45,376 nt of DNA from a virus. Lineage: Duplodnaviria; Caudoviricetes. The stretch spans positions 1 through 45,376 of IMG/VR virus record IMGVR_UViG_3300009095_000003; one strand, given 5' to 3'. The notes beneath the pieces were generated by a model that saw only the letters and a program-made list of their open reading frames with translations, had not been told where the DNA came from and did not search any database. Of this stretch, positions 25,173-34,075 are shown piece by piece. A program made the translations under genes and the position numbers. Position 1 is the stretch's first letter. Every line of letters begins with the position of its first letter.

Positions 25173-25222
25173 ATTTGATAGTGCTAAAGTACTATGTTTC
25201 CACCAAACTTAAAAATATTTTT
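25173..25222 (-). promoter_or_regulatory. Repeated promoter element (upstream of the lipoprotein)
   Basis: TGCTAAAGTA at 25182-25191; AAAAATATTTTT at 25211-25222. Confidence 0.75.
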
Positions 25223-25247
25223 GTATTTATTTTAAAAATTATTTTCT

Positions 25248-25575
25248 GTAAACAATCCAATTATCTCAAAATCAATAGGTTAGAGCTAAAAATAAATTTA
25301 AGAAACACTAAAATCTAGCATTGTTTCTCCGTAACCTATTGCATTCCAATTATTTAGTCTCAAAAATCGTCCTCGAGAAACAATAGGAACAATATTCCCA
25401 TATAAGGCTATACGCGATTATTACGTTTTTTTATATACTATTTTTTCAATATTATCTATTTTAAAGTGTTTTATATATATTATTGTTTCTATTGTTTACA
25501 GAGCATCTAAGTGTAATGATTATCAATCTCTTACACCAGAAACAATCATTGTTTCCATTGTTTCTTATTGTTTCT
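25248..25575. repeat. Iteron-rich non-coding element, copy B (origin-like)
   Basis: Blocks 25361-25412, 25440-25500 and 25539-25574 match 4072-4123, 4150-4210 and 4258-4293 with one mismatch each. Confidence 0.9.
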
Positions 25576-25733
25576 GTCCTCATGGGACTTGTATTACGGA
25601 TATGACCAAACCACCGCATATTAAATCCTCGATACCTCATACCATCCAGAATTGAACGAAAGTATTTTCCCATGTAAATCATTAGGATGAAAACAGAAGC
25701 GGACAGAGGACATCAGAATTAAACCAAGATAAT

Positions 25734-25765
25734 AAAAAAAGGCCACTACTTCACAGCAGTGGCCT
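25734..25765 (-). terminator. Intrinsic terminator ending the lysis operon
   Basis: AGGCCACTGC-TGTGAA-GTAGTGGCCT followed by a T-run. Confidence 0.85.
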
Positions 25766-25786
25766 AAATCAAGCATGAAAAAAAAA

Positions 25787-26413
25787 TTAGTCTCTTATAG
25801 TTATAAACTCAGCACCAACAATTTTTGTATGTGGGTTCTTGCTTACAATATCTTGCTTACGGTCTTTGATTTTACTTGTCTTCCATAAAAAGCCAAGGAA
25901 ACGCTTATACTTAACTGTCTCTACGTATATGAGAGAGTCGCGGCTTTCGAAATTACCATTGAATGCATTTTGCTTATCTATGCAACCATTCAAATCAAAC
26001 CATTTATCTTTTATAGTCAAGCATTTCAACGTATCTGTTCTTATTATAGTTTCAGTATCACCTTTGGCGTATACAATTGAGTCACGTATCTGACCCTTAA
26101 GTTTATATATTGTTTGGAGCTGTGCTTTGCTTACGCCTTGCAAATTGCGATTTTTTGTTTGCAAGCTTTTAATCAGTTTAGCATCTTCTGAACGATACTT
26201 TTTAAATTCAGAAAGTCTAAGACTAAGCTCACCAACTTGAACAGCATTAAGGCTGTCTTTTGTTTTGTAATCAGCCACATCATTCAAAAGCGTAGTCGTA
26301 TTATTTTTGTAAATGTCACGCTCTTCTTTAGCTTTTTTCAGTGACATAAATTGCCATCCAATCACTGCTAATAAGACGGCAAAAGCTATTGGTATATGAA
26401 TGTACTTTTTCAT
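25787..26413 (-). CDS. Membrane-anchored coiled-coil lysis accessory (spanin-like)
   Basis: N-terminal TM, coiled coil, KRFLGFLW motif; directly after the endolysin. Confidence 0.65.
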   Translation of the reverse strand: MKKYIHIPIAFAVLLAVIGWQFMSLKKAKEERDIYKNNTTTLLNDVADYKTKDSLNAVQVGELSLRLSEFKKYRSEDAKLIKSLQTKNRNLQGVSKAQLQTIYKLKGQIRDSIVYAKGDTETIIRTDTLKCLTIKDKWFDLNGCIDKQNAFNGNFESRDSLIYVETVKYKRFLGFLWKTSKIKDRKQDIVSKNPHTKIVGAEFITIRD

Positions 26414-27135
26414 TTCTTATTTTTTGTTAAATATTTATTTGCTACGTAACCACGTTTACGGTTGTATGCCACCAAACTCCAAGCCCCATTTCTTTCAAGT
26501 TCCATGACCGTTTCACCTTTAAGCAGAACAGTAATGACAGGATTGTGTGTACCTTCTCCTGCTCTTAAATTCAGAGCTGTAGTTGTTCTGAACACATTCG
26601 AAGATAATGGCGTGTGGTCTAATATTACATAACCATCTTTTGTTTGACCAGCATTCCATTTAGCTTGAAGCTGTTGCCATGAATAACCAAAGTCATATTG
26701 GAAATGTGGTCGGTCTTTAAAACTCTTCCAATCTCCACCCCATTCCCAGCCATTGGCTTTAAAAATATTCACAACTTCCATCCAATCAGCTACTCCATCA
26801 CCATCAAAGTCTTTGACAGTATTCCAACTTGCTTCTTTTCCATCAATGATAAGAGCAAAGTCAAGTGCTAAACCATAGTTATGAATAGACTGTCCAGCTC
26901 TTGCATTTGTAACAATATTTCCAAGAGGTTTAGATGGCTTAGCACCATCTGGGTTCCTGACAGTTCTACCGAGATTGTACAGGTCATTTTGCTCTTTGAA
27001 AGTACGCAATCCGTGTGTTACTCTCGGCATGGCTCTACCTGTCAAAGCCTCATCAGCTTGCTCCCAAGTCTTAAGAGCCAAAGCTCTTAAATTGGGATGT
27101 AGCGAGTTAATCCTCTGTAAGCTTATTTTATCCAT
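26410..27135 (-). CDS. Endolysin: M15 L-Ala-D-Glu peptidase with C-terminal SH3b
   Basis: GLRT..EQ..LY, SIHNYGLALD, WGGDW..FKDRPHF; LNLRAG...GYVANKYL; ATG 27135 preferred. Confidence 0.93.
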   Translation of the reverse strand: MDKISLQRINSLHPNLRALALKTWEQADEALTGRAMPRVTHGLRTFKEQNDLYNLGRTVRNPDGAKPSKPLGNIVTNARAGQSIHNYGLALDFALIIDGKEASWNTVKDFDGDGVADWMEVVNIFKANGWEWGGDWKSFKDRPHFQYDFGYSWQQLQAKWNAGQTKDGYVILDHTPLSSNVFRTTTALNLRAGEGTHNPVITVLLKGETVMELERNGAWSLVAYNRKRGYVANKYLTKNKK

Positions 27136-27757
27136 CGGTAGTTTCTTTTTCAAGTTCTTTTTCTTTCTGCTTAATCTCTTGCTTCTTTAAATCAAGCTTA
27201 TACTTTTCAAATTCTAAATCAAGCTCTTTGTCATCGTCTTTTTTAGCTGAAAACAACTTTTCCAAATCACCATTCTTTTCAAAGTTATACAGCTTTCGCA
27301 TTATAAACTCTGGTGGATATTTTCCTTTTGAAATTATAAATATATTCTTTAGCACTTTAGAAGTTGGATAGAGCAAAGTCATTACCTGAATGAGTATCTT
27401 GAATATTTCACCCGCTAAATTATCTCCAGCCGTGTATCTAAGCATTTCAAGCATTGCATAAGTGACTATTACGACAAAAGCTAATTCTACATTTTTAACT
27501 ATAAACTGCTTAAAGCAAAAAGTACCGCTTTTCTTATGCATGTACGCACCAATCACAAGATTTATAATTAAAGCTATGCACATGAAAGTTCCAAATTGGC
27601 GGTTCTCCGTGAACCACCAATTGAATAAGTCAAGTACTATTGCTATTGGAGCAAAATGTAAAATTGCATTCCAAACATATTTTATTCTATCACCAAAGCC
27701 AACATTATCATAGTCAGCCAATAACATAATTTGGGCTAAAAGTCTTTTCATTAGCAT
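27128..27757 (-). CDS. Holin-like multi-TM protein
   Basis: 3-4 hydrophobic segments, charged tail, precedes the endolysin. Confidence 0.75.
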   Translation of the reverse strand: MLMKRLLAQIMLLADYDNVGFGDRIKYVWNAILHFAPIAIVLDLFNWWFTENRQFGTFMCIALIINLVIGAYMHKKSGTFCFKQFIVKNVELAFVVIVTYAMLEMLRYTAGDNLAGEIFKILIQVMTLLYPTSKVLKNIFIISKGKYPPEFIMRKLYNFEKNGDLEKLFSAKKDDDKELDLEFEKYKLDLKKQEIKQKEKELEKETTDG

Positions 27758-27766
27758 ACTTTTTTG

Positions 27767-28612
27767 CTATATTGTATCAACGTAAGGTCTTCTCGTTCCT
27801 TTACCCTCAAAAATACCTGTTCCTGTAATGTATTCGTAATCTTCTCTAACAAGCTGTTCAGCTGATTTTCCTGCTTTATCTAAATCGTAAAAATTAGTAC
27901 CATAGTAGTAAATAGAAGCCACGTTGACATCTCTTGCTCCTATTACTAAAGGTATCGCTGTTTCAATAGTATCAAAACCAGTTGCATTTTCTGGTCCTGT
28001 TCCTTGATAAGCACCATTTACATATCTTATTATTGGGAGACCTACTCCTTGAAACTCAAATGCATATTGCATAAATTGGTCTGTTACTAAGGACATTGCC
28101 CCTGATGTAGCTCCTGCCATCCTACAAGATACAGCTGAAGTAGCTTGAAAATTTATAATAGGTGCAGAAGCAGGGGAGTTGGTAGTAACAATCCTACCTG
28201 AATTATTGCCCTCTGATTTTACTCTTATTAAAAAAATAGCTAGAAATCTAGGGTTATTTGCTTTTAGATAATTAACTATTCCCATTCCTAAGTTAAATCC
28301 TCTAGGGTTTGAAGTACTAGCACCACTTGTTATTGACTGAAAATCAATTCCTTTTCCTTCAGTAAATATAACGCTATCCTTTTTATCAACATCAGTTACA
28401 AGCCTAGTTGAGTTATCAATGCCCATAGCCCTTGATATATCATCGCTTAAATCAAATAATTGACTTCCATCTTTTATATCTTCATTAACAAATGAACCTC
28501 CATTTGCAAAATCGTGTAATAATAATGAGCCATCATTTACTCTTACATCTTTTAATAATTTCTCTGCTCCTGGAGCAGCTTTTTTACCTCTTATTTTTAA
28601 AACTATTCCCAT
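27767..28612 (-). CDS. Tail-associated beta-sandwich (LamG/ConA-like) protein
   Basis: LLLHDF N-terminus, YVNG and LVIGA strands; follows the fibre gene. Confidence 0.55.
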   Translation of the reverse strand: MGIVLKIRGKKAAPGAEKLLKDVRVNDGSLLLHDFANGGSFVNEDIKDGSQLFDLSDDISRAMGIDNSTRLVTDVDKKDSVIFTEGKGIDFQSITSGASTSNPRGFNLGMGIVNYLKANNPRFLAIFLIRVKSEGNNSGRIVTTNSPASAPIINFQATSAVSCRMAGATSGAMSLVTDQFMQYAFEFQGVGLPIIRYVNGAYQGTGPENATGFDTIETAIPLVIGARDVNVASIYYYGTNFYDLDKAGKSAEQLVREDYEYITGTGIFEGKGTRRPYVDTI

Positions 28613-28613
28613 T

Positions 28614-30713
28614 TTATTTATTTTTATTTGTTAAAAACCTAGAACTCATTAATATAAAATTAGACATCCATCTTTGTGACTCCGTTGCTATTTCTTCTGT
28701 AATATTATTATGATTTCCCCATTCTATTGTAAATGAATCGTAACCCAGCATTTGAGAACCATACTGTCCTGCTGTATTTGTGACATTAGCTTTAATAGGC
28801 ATTTCTCCATTTGTAAAACCTACATGCAAAGCATTATTAACTAATATTGCATAAGTATCTATATCGACACCGCTACAGTATCTTGAGTCATAATCAGCAG
28901 CTCCATTGTGCATATCTACTGCAAAATCAGCATCAGGATGTAATTCGTAAGTATCTGCTATGTAAGTAGTTTCATTTAATGCAAATGGTTTGGTTCCTTT
29001 ATTATTATAAGGCACCGCTACGGGGTCAGTAAACGACTGCGATGCGCTAGAGGTTACAACATCTTCCCATCTCATTAGAGGTAAATCAAATCCTCTATTA
29101 GGGTCTGTACTTACAAATATTTGACAGGTGCCAGAAGTGCCTCCTGTTGTATCAGGAGTTTCAATCGTTATAGTTTGCCCATTTATTACAGATTTGATAA
29201 CATACCCATTATCAGGCAATCCTGTTTGGTCACTACTATTAATAAGTGAAATCCATGTATTACCAACTAGACCCTCGCTAGCTGTAAAGTAATTGCTTCC
29301 TGATACATTTGGATTGGTCAAAGGAAAATCAGCTACATTAAAAGTAACAGTTACAACATTTCCACTTTTTGTCCAACTTGCTGGGAATGGTTCTGTCTCC
29401 CAAACACGTCTATTTCTCTTATGAAAACCAAAGGGTGACACTAAAGGAATAACAACAAAATGAACATTATGCCTAGCCCACATTAGTGCAGGATTATTCA
29501 TCCAATCCTCGCACAAAGCCTTGAAAAATCTTTGCAAAACTATAGGAGAAATCCTTTCTGAGCCATGAGTACCGCCAAATATTACGGCTTTTTTAGTTGG
29601 ATTTACAGGCTTAAATTCATATCGATAAACATCATAATTCTCTACAGTTGATTTACCGAGTAACTCCCTAGTTACATAAGGGTCATACCCTTGAGCTGTT
29701 TTTTGATTTAATCTAACTTCATCAAAAATACCCCAATAATCATAGCTTTCCCAATATGCTTGATTAGAGCTGCTGACATTATATGCTTCTTGAACTGGAG
29801 GCTCCCAGAAAGTTTGTATTAACTCTGACCGATTTATGATTTTTTCAACCTCATGCTTGTCTATGCCCCCTCCCTCACTATGACCTCCAATCTTTACTAG
29901 AATATAACCATCTTCATCTATAGCTACAAAATCTAAATCAGGTCTATCATATTCCTTAGCTAGTAATACAGTCTGTTCCTCAACACGTAATATAAGTTTT
30001 CCATCTTCGTCTACTATACTCAAAGCTGCATCATCCAACTCCAAATCAGGTCTGTCAATGAAATAAAATTCATTCCCCTCTGGCAGTATTCTTTCTGAAG
30101 TCAAAGGTGTAGAGTAATCTATCACAGCTTCTTCGGTAGTTACCTTTTCTGTTTTTTCTGTAATGGTATTTGTCTTGTCTATTTCAGCTACAGGAAGCTC
30201 CCCCATATCTGTCAAAGTCCAGGTAGTGCCGTCTCCAAAAAACAACCACCTTTTATCAGGTGTTAAATCATATTCATTACTACCAAACTTATAATATCCT
30301 GGCTTCGCTTCAAATGTGTATTTCTGATTGGGTTTCATAGTTGGCAATTCCGCCCTGTCTTCTAATGTTCCAGGTTCAATAGGTGCTAAATAGTTTATAC
30401 CTGAAACGTTTAATTCTGCAACCGCCTCGTATATGCCGTCTTTATTTGAAAAAATAACAAAATCATTGTTTGTTAAAGTGTAGCCTCCAAAATTTGTATA
30501 AACCCCATCTGTTGTGGCTATGTAAAACGCTATGACATCATTGTTTATTGGAACCGTTGACGGCTCTGCTACACCGGCAAATATAGCTCCGGCACCAAAC
30601 TGGTTTATTATGCTTAACAAAGCTCCTTGTAGCAGTGCCCCAGTAATTTCATTATTGCCATTGGTTTTTATAACCTCTGCTATAGCATCTTTTAAGTTTT
30701 GATTATTAGCCAT
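28614..30713 (-). CDS. Tail fibre/spike with M14 zinc carboxypeptidase-like domain
   Basis: Start MANNQNLK (30713), IKTNGNNEITG anchor; GGTHGSE, IPLVSPFG, DPNRGF, VDMHN, SFTIE. Confidence 0.75.
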   Translation of the reverse strand: MANNQNLKDAIAEVIKTNGNNEITGALLQGALLSIINQFGAGAIFAGVAEPSTVPINNDVIAFYIATTDGVYTNFGGYTLTNNDFVIFSNKDGIYEAVAELNVSGINYLAPIEPGTLEDRAELPTMKPNQKYTFEAKPGYYKFGSNEYDLTPDKRWLFFGDGTTWTLTDMGELPVAEIDKTNTITEKTEKVTTEEAVIDYSTPLTSERILPEGNEFYFIDRPDLELDDAALSIVDEDGKLILRVEEQTVLLAKEYDRPDLDFVAIDEDGYILVKIGGHSEGGGIDKHEVEKIINRSELIQTFWEPPVQEAYNVSSSNQAYWESYDYWGIFDEVRLNQKTAQGYDPYVTRELLGKSTVENYDVYRYEFKPVNPTKKAVIFGGTHGSERISPIVLQRFFKALCEDWMNNPALMWARHNVHFVVIPLVSPFGFHKRNRRVWETEPFPASWTKSGNVVTVTFNVADFPLTNPNVSGSNYFTASEGLVGNTWISLINSSDQTGLPDNGYVIKSVINGQTITIETPDTTGGTSGTCQIFVSTDPNRGFDLPLMRWEDVVTSSASQSFTDPVAVPYNNKGTKPFALNETTYIADTYELHPDADFAVDMHNGAADYDSRYCSGVDIDTYAILVNNALHVGFTNGEMPIKANVTNTAGQYGSQMLGYDSFTIEWGNHNNITEEIATESQRWMSNFILMSSRFLTNKNK

Positions 30714-31575
30714 TTTGTTGATTATTAAAGTCGTTGTTAAAATCGTTATTAAAGTCTCCACCGCTTCCAACTATATACCCTCTGCCTATTTTCTTGACAA
30801 CGGTAGCAGTTTGAAACTCAGTCTCAACACTTGCTAAGTCTCCTTGTGTTTGCCACTTAGGAGTTATTAGAAAAGTATCGCATTCATATTTTTGTCCTTT
30901 AGCATATATATTAATTTGGTCGCTCATTCTAACTATCCTTAAAACATCACAAAGATATTCAGGAGCTAAAAATGTAAATTTATAAGTTTTTTCTGATATT
31001 TGCTTTTCTGGAAAAAAATAACCGTCTCTTGTTTCGCCGTCTTCTTCAAAAACATATTCGGGTTTACCTATTTCTGCACACAGATAAAGCACATTTTTAA
31101 AAGAAGGATTAGAGTAAACTATTCTACCGGCATCAAAAACAAAATCGTCTATGTCAAACCATTCTATTTTTAAATAGCCATCTACGCTATTAACCGCTGT
31201 GAATAAATCAGAGTAAAATGTTTCCACTCCATCTGACAGGGTTAAATAATATAACCCTTCGGTCAAGTTGGAAACAAACGGTAAATTTCCAGGAAAAACT
31301 ATAACATCATACCCCAGTGAAGCAAAACGTTTAAGTTGCAATCCTGTTTCCAATAGTTGCTGAGAAATATTCTGTATTAATGTTCCTTGCTTATTATATA
31401 CGTTGACCGTAAAAGTATTGTTGCTTCTTGTATTTCTTAATATCTGAAATGGTATAAGCTTATCTTTAGGAACGAACAGCGGATATACATTTCCGTAAGC
31501 ATAGTCTTTTCTATGGTTTTGGAATTGTATGTCAGTATACCACGGCAAAACGCTTAAATTATTATTCGGTATCAT
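30706..31575 (-). CDS. Tail/baseplate structural protein
   Basis: 289 aa in the tail operon; C-terminal GDFNNDFNNDFN repeat. Confidence 0.7.
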   Translation of the reverse strand: MIPNNNLSVLPWYTDIQFQNHRKDYAYGNVYPLFVPKDKLIPFQILRNTRSNNTFTVNVYNKQGTLIQNISQQLLETGLQLKRFASLGYDVIVFPGNLPFVSNLTEGLYYLTLSDGVETFYSDLFTAVNSVDGYLKIEWFDIDDFVFDAGRIVYSNPSFKNVLYLCAEIGKPEYVFEEDGETRDGYFFPEKQISEKTYKFTFLAPEYLCDVLRIVRMSDQINIYAKGQKYECDTFLITPKWQTQGDLASVETEFQTATVVKKIGRGYIVGSGGDFNNDFNNDFNNQQNG

Positions 31576-34072
31576 ACTTTAACGTTATTTTGTTCATCCT
31601 ACTGTGCAAATTTACACTTATTTTATCTATTTGTCCATCTCCAATATATGTTTTTATCAACTTCATAGGGTTAATATCAGCTAAAGATGGAAAACTTACA
31701 GTTTGTTTTTTCTTTCTTTCTATCCCTTGCGCAAAAGTCAAACTATTATTTATCTCAACTTGACGAGCCGGTAAGTCATGTATGTAATAGTTTGGTTGAA
31801 GAGTTATCCAGCTCATATAACCGTTTTGCATTATGAAATCTACGCCGTCCAACGAACGAGTTACAAAAGGCAATTCACTTAAGCTCGGCACATCTAAATC
31901 ATAAAACTCAAATGAAGCTTCTCCAACGACCGTAAACCCAACATGTGTTGCATTGCTCGGGATATTAACAGCTATTTCTAAATTACTTGAAGAACCAATT
32001 GAAAAACTTCCTTGTGTTGAAATAACAGTATCACCATTGTAAAAAACTATTTGGCCCGTTGCTCCCAAAGAGCTATATGCTTGAAATTTCGCAGTTGCAT
32101 CTTTTCCATTAAATTCCTGCTTAAGCTCGTATTTTGGAGTCGATAAGCCGTTGTTGCCTGAGCTTCCAGTGCCTCCTGAATATACACCGTCTGGTAAAAC
32201 CAATGCATTCCCATTAACAGCTCCAAACAAAGCAAACCCGTCTTTTGAAACGTCACCAGGATTTAAAAGCAGATAATCAATATCGGTAGTAAACTGCGAA
32301 ACGTTTACATCTTCTATTTTTCCTGGCTGTACATATTTACTTACTACTTGAATTGGAACACCCTCAAAAGAAGGAGTAACATCATCCATCCAAGCAAATT
32401 GATAACGTTCTGCTAAATCTGCTTTATCAAACTCCCACGCTGATGAATTATAACCCCACTTCTTACCATTTCTAATATTCTCTAATTGGGTTAAATCTAC
32501 ACCTATCTGAGGCGTTCCTGTATATGTACCTCCATTCCTAAACCAAGTAATATGTTCTATTCTAAACTTACCATTTTCGATGAACCAGAAGCATCTAAAA
32601 CAGTCACGCAACATTGTTGTGAAAGCTTGAAGAGTTACAGGAGCTTTCTGAGCTGGTTGGTCATAATTTCCAACAAGCAAATTAGACTTCTGAGTTATCA
32701 TAAGCTTTAAGCGCTGAGCATAAATTTGATTGTAATCTTCTGGGCCATACAAAAACTCACTGTATTCAGGAGTCGCTTCGTGTGTAATACCAGGAGCAAA
32801 CTGCTGCAGCAAAGCATTGATACACGCACTAACTGGAAAAGTATCACGAAGCAAATAACGCTTACGCCCAGCTTCTTCTAAAATCCAGTCAAATGTTGAA
32901 AAGCCAAACCAAATAGAAGCATACCGCCAAGTAGACCGAGCTATCGGATAGAACTTTTGGCCGAATATAGAATACGGCGGCAAAAAATATTTATCATTGT
33001 CTGCTAAACCCCATTCTGTTGGAGTATCAGAAAAATTAGCAGAAATAAAAGCAACATCAATTGCATAGCCTATTACTTTACGGTAATTCCTATTATTTTC
33101 AACAATATCATCGCTCGGTATATCATAGGTGTTTAATCCCTGAATTGTATCTACGTCAAGCAAATACCTTGCATAAATTCTATATGTAGACATTTCTGCG
33201 TTACATGTACCAGTAACTCCGCTTTCTGGAGTCATTCCAAAATCTAAATTGTCATATTTTTCAACCAGGGATTGCTGTTCAAATTTGAATAATACTGCTT
33301 CATCTGATACTCTTATAAGCGAACAGAAAAGACCGTTATATGTCGTCCAACCAGTAAAAAATACAGCTTGAGTTACTACGAGTCTATAAGCTGGATTATC
33401 TCTATTTACTAAACTTCCATGCATAACTTTATTAGACCCTTCGGTTGTTATGCTTAATCTACCTGTATAAAGCCCAGAAGCTGCAGTGTGCGTGCCTGTA
33501 ACGGTTAGATTTATTTCTTTTAGTAAATTACAAAGAGCAAAATAGTAAGTATCAACTAAAGCATTTTCATCCAATACCTCGTTTGCGTCTTGCTCCCAAT
33601 AGGTACCTCCTAAAAAGCATGAAACTACGCTATCTCCAGGAATATAGATTTGAATTACTGGACGACGCTGCAAAACTAACTGCTCTATTTTTGGTGCTAA
33701 TTTTATAAGGTCGTATTCTTTTTCAAGCCCAGCAACAACGTCCGTATATTCGTCTACTGGGTCGGGCTGTACTTCTAATGATTGGTTGTCGTCATCCCAT
33801 TTGCCATCTGTTTTCATGAATTTTCCTTCATAGTACAAAGTCCAAGTTTGACCTAAATCATAAGAAACTTCTATATTGAATAAAAATTCAGTGTCAAAAG
33901 GGTGGGATTTTAAAAACTGATAATCCTGTCTAACGAAAGTTAATTTTCCAGACAATTTAGTTCTGTAAAATCTTTGATTATTTTCAAGCTCAAAATCTTT
34001 AGTTAAATCATCTTTATAGATAGGATTAACCTTTTGGCTATTTACAAAAAATCTATATATTGGATTAATCAT
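31562..34072 (-). CDS. Large tail tip/hub protein
   Basis: 836 aa, aromatic and beta-rich, immediately after the tape measure gene. Confidence 0.7.
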   Translation of the reverse strand: MINPIYRFFVNSQKVNPIYKDDLTKDFELENNQRFYRTKLSGKLTFVRQDYQFLKSHPFDTEFLFNIEVSYDLGQTWTLYYEGKFMKTDGKWDDDNQSLEVQPDPVDEYTDVVAGLEKEYDLIKLAPKIEQLVLQRRPVIQIYIPGDSVVSCFLGGTYWEQDANEVLDENALVDTYYFALCNLLKEINLTVTGTHTAASGLYTGRLSITTEGSNKVMHGSLVNRDNPAYRLVVTQAVFFTGWTTYNGLFCSLIRVSDEAVLFKFEQQSLVEKYDNLDFGMTPESGVTGTCNAEMSTYRIYARYLLDVDTIQGLNTYDIPSDDIVENNRNYRKVIGYAIDVAFISANFSDTPTEWGLADNDKYFLPPYSIFGQKFYPIARSTWRYASIWFGFSTFDWILEEAGRKRYLLRDTFPVSACINALLQQFAPGITHEATPEYSEFLYGPEDYNQIYAQRLKLMITQKSNLLVGNYDQPAQKAPVTLQAFTTMLRDCFRCFWFIENGKFRIEHITWFRNGGTYTGTPQIGVDLTQLENIRNGKKWGYNSSAWEFDKADLAERYQFAWMDDVTPSFEGVPIQVVSKYVQPGKIEDVNVSQFTTDIDYLLLNPGDVSKDGFALFGAVNGNALVLPDGVYSGGTGSSGNNGLSTPKYELKQEFNGKDATAKFQAYSSLGATGQIVFYNGDTVISTQGSFSIGSSSNLEIAVNIPSNATHVGFTVVGEASFEFYDLDVPSLSELPFVTRSLDGVDFIMQNGYMSWITLQPNYYIHDLPARQVEINNSLTFAQGIERKKKQTVSFPSLADINPMKLIKTYIGDGQIDKISVNLHSRMNKITLKYDTE

Positions 34073-34075
34073 TGC

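Noticed and set aside
25461-25682. 73-aa minus-strand ORF, and the 4255-4509 plus-strand ORF
   Set aside because: They run through the non-coding iteron elements or antisense to real genes and have no protein-like features
30719-30755. DFNNDFNNDFN tandem repeat as a DNA-level repeat element
   Set aside because: It is a short coding repeat at a tail protein C-terminus with synonymous variation, most likely a peptide docking motif
27767-34072. Diversity-generating retroelement or invertible tail-fibre cassette
   Set aside because: No reverse transcriptase, invertase, TR/VR pair or inverted gene copies seen
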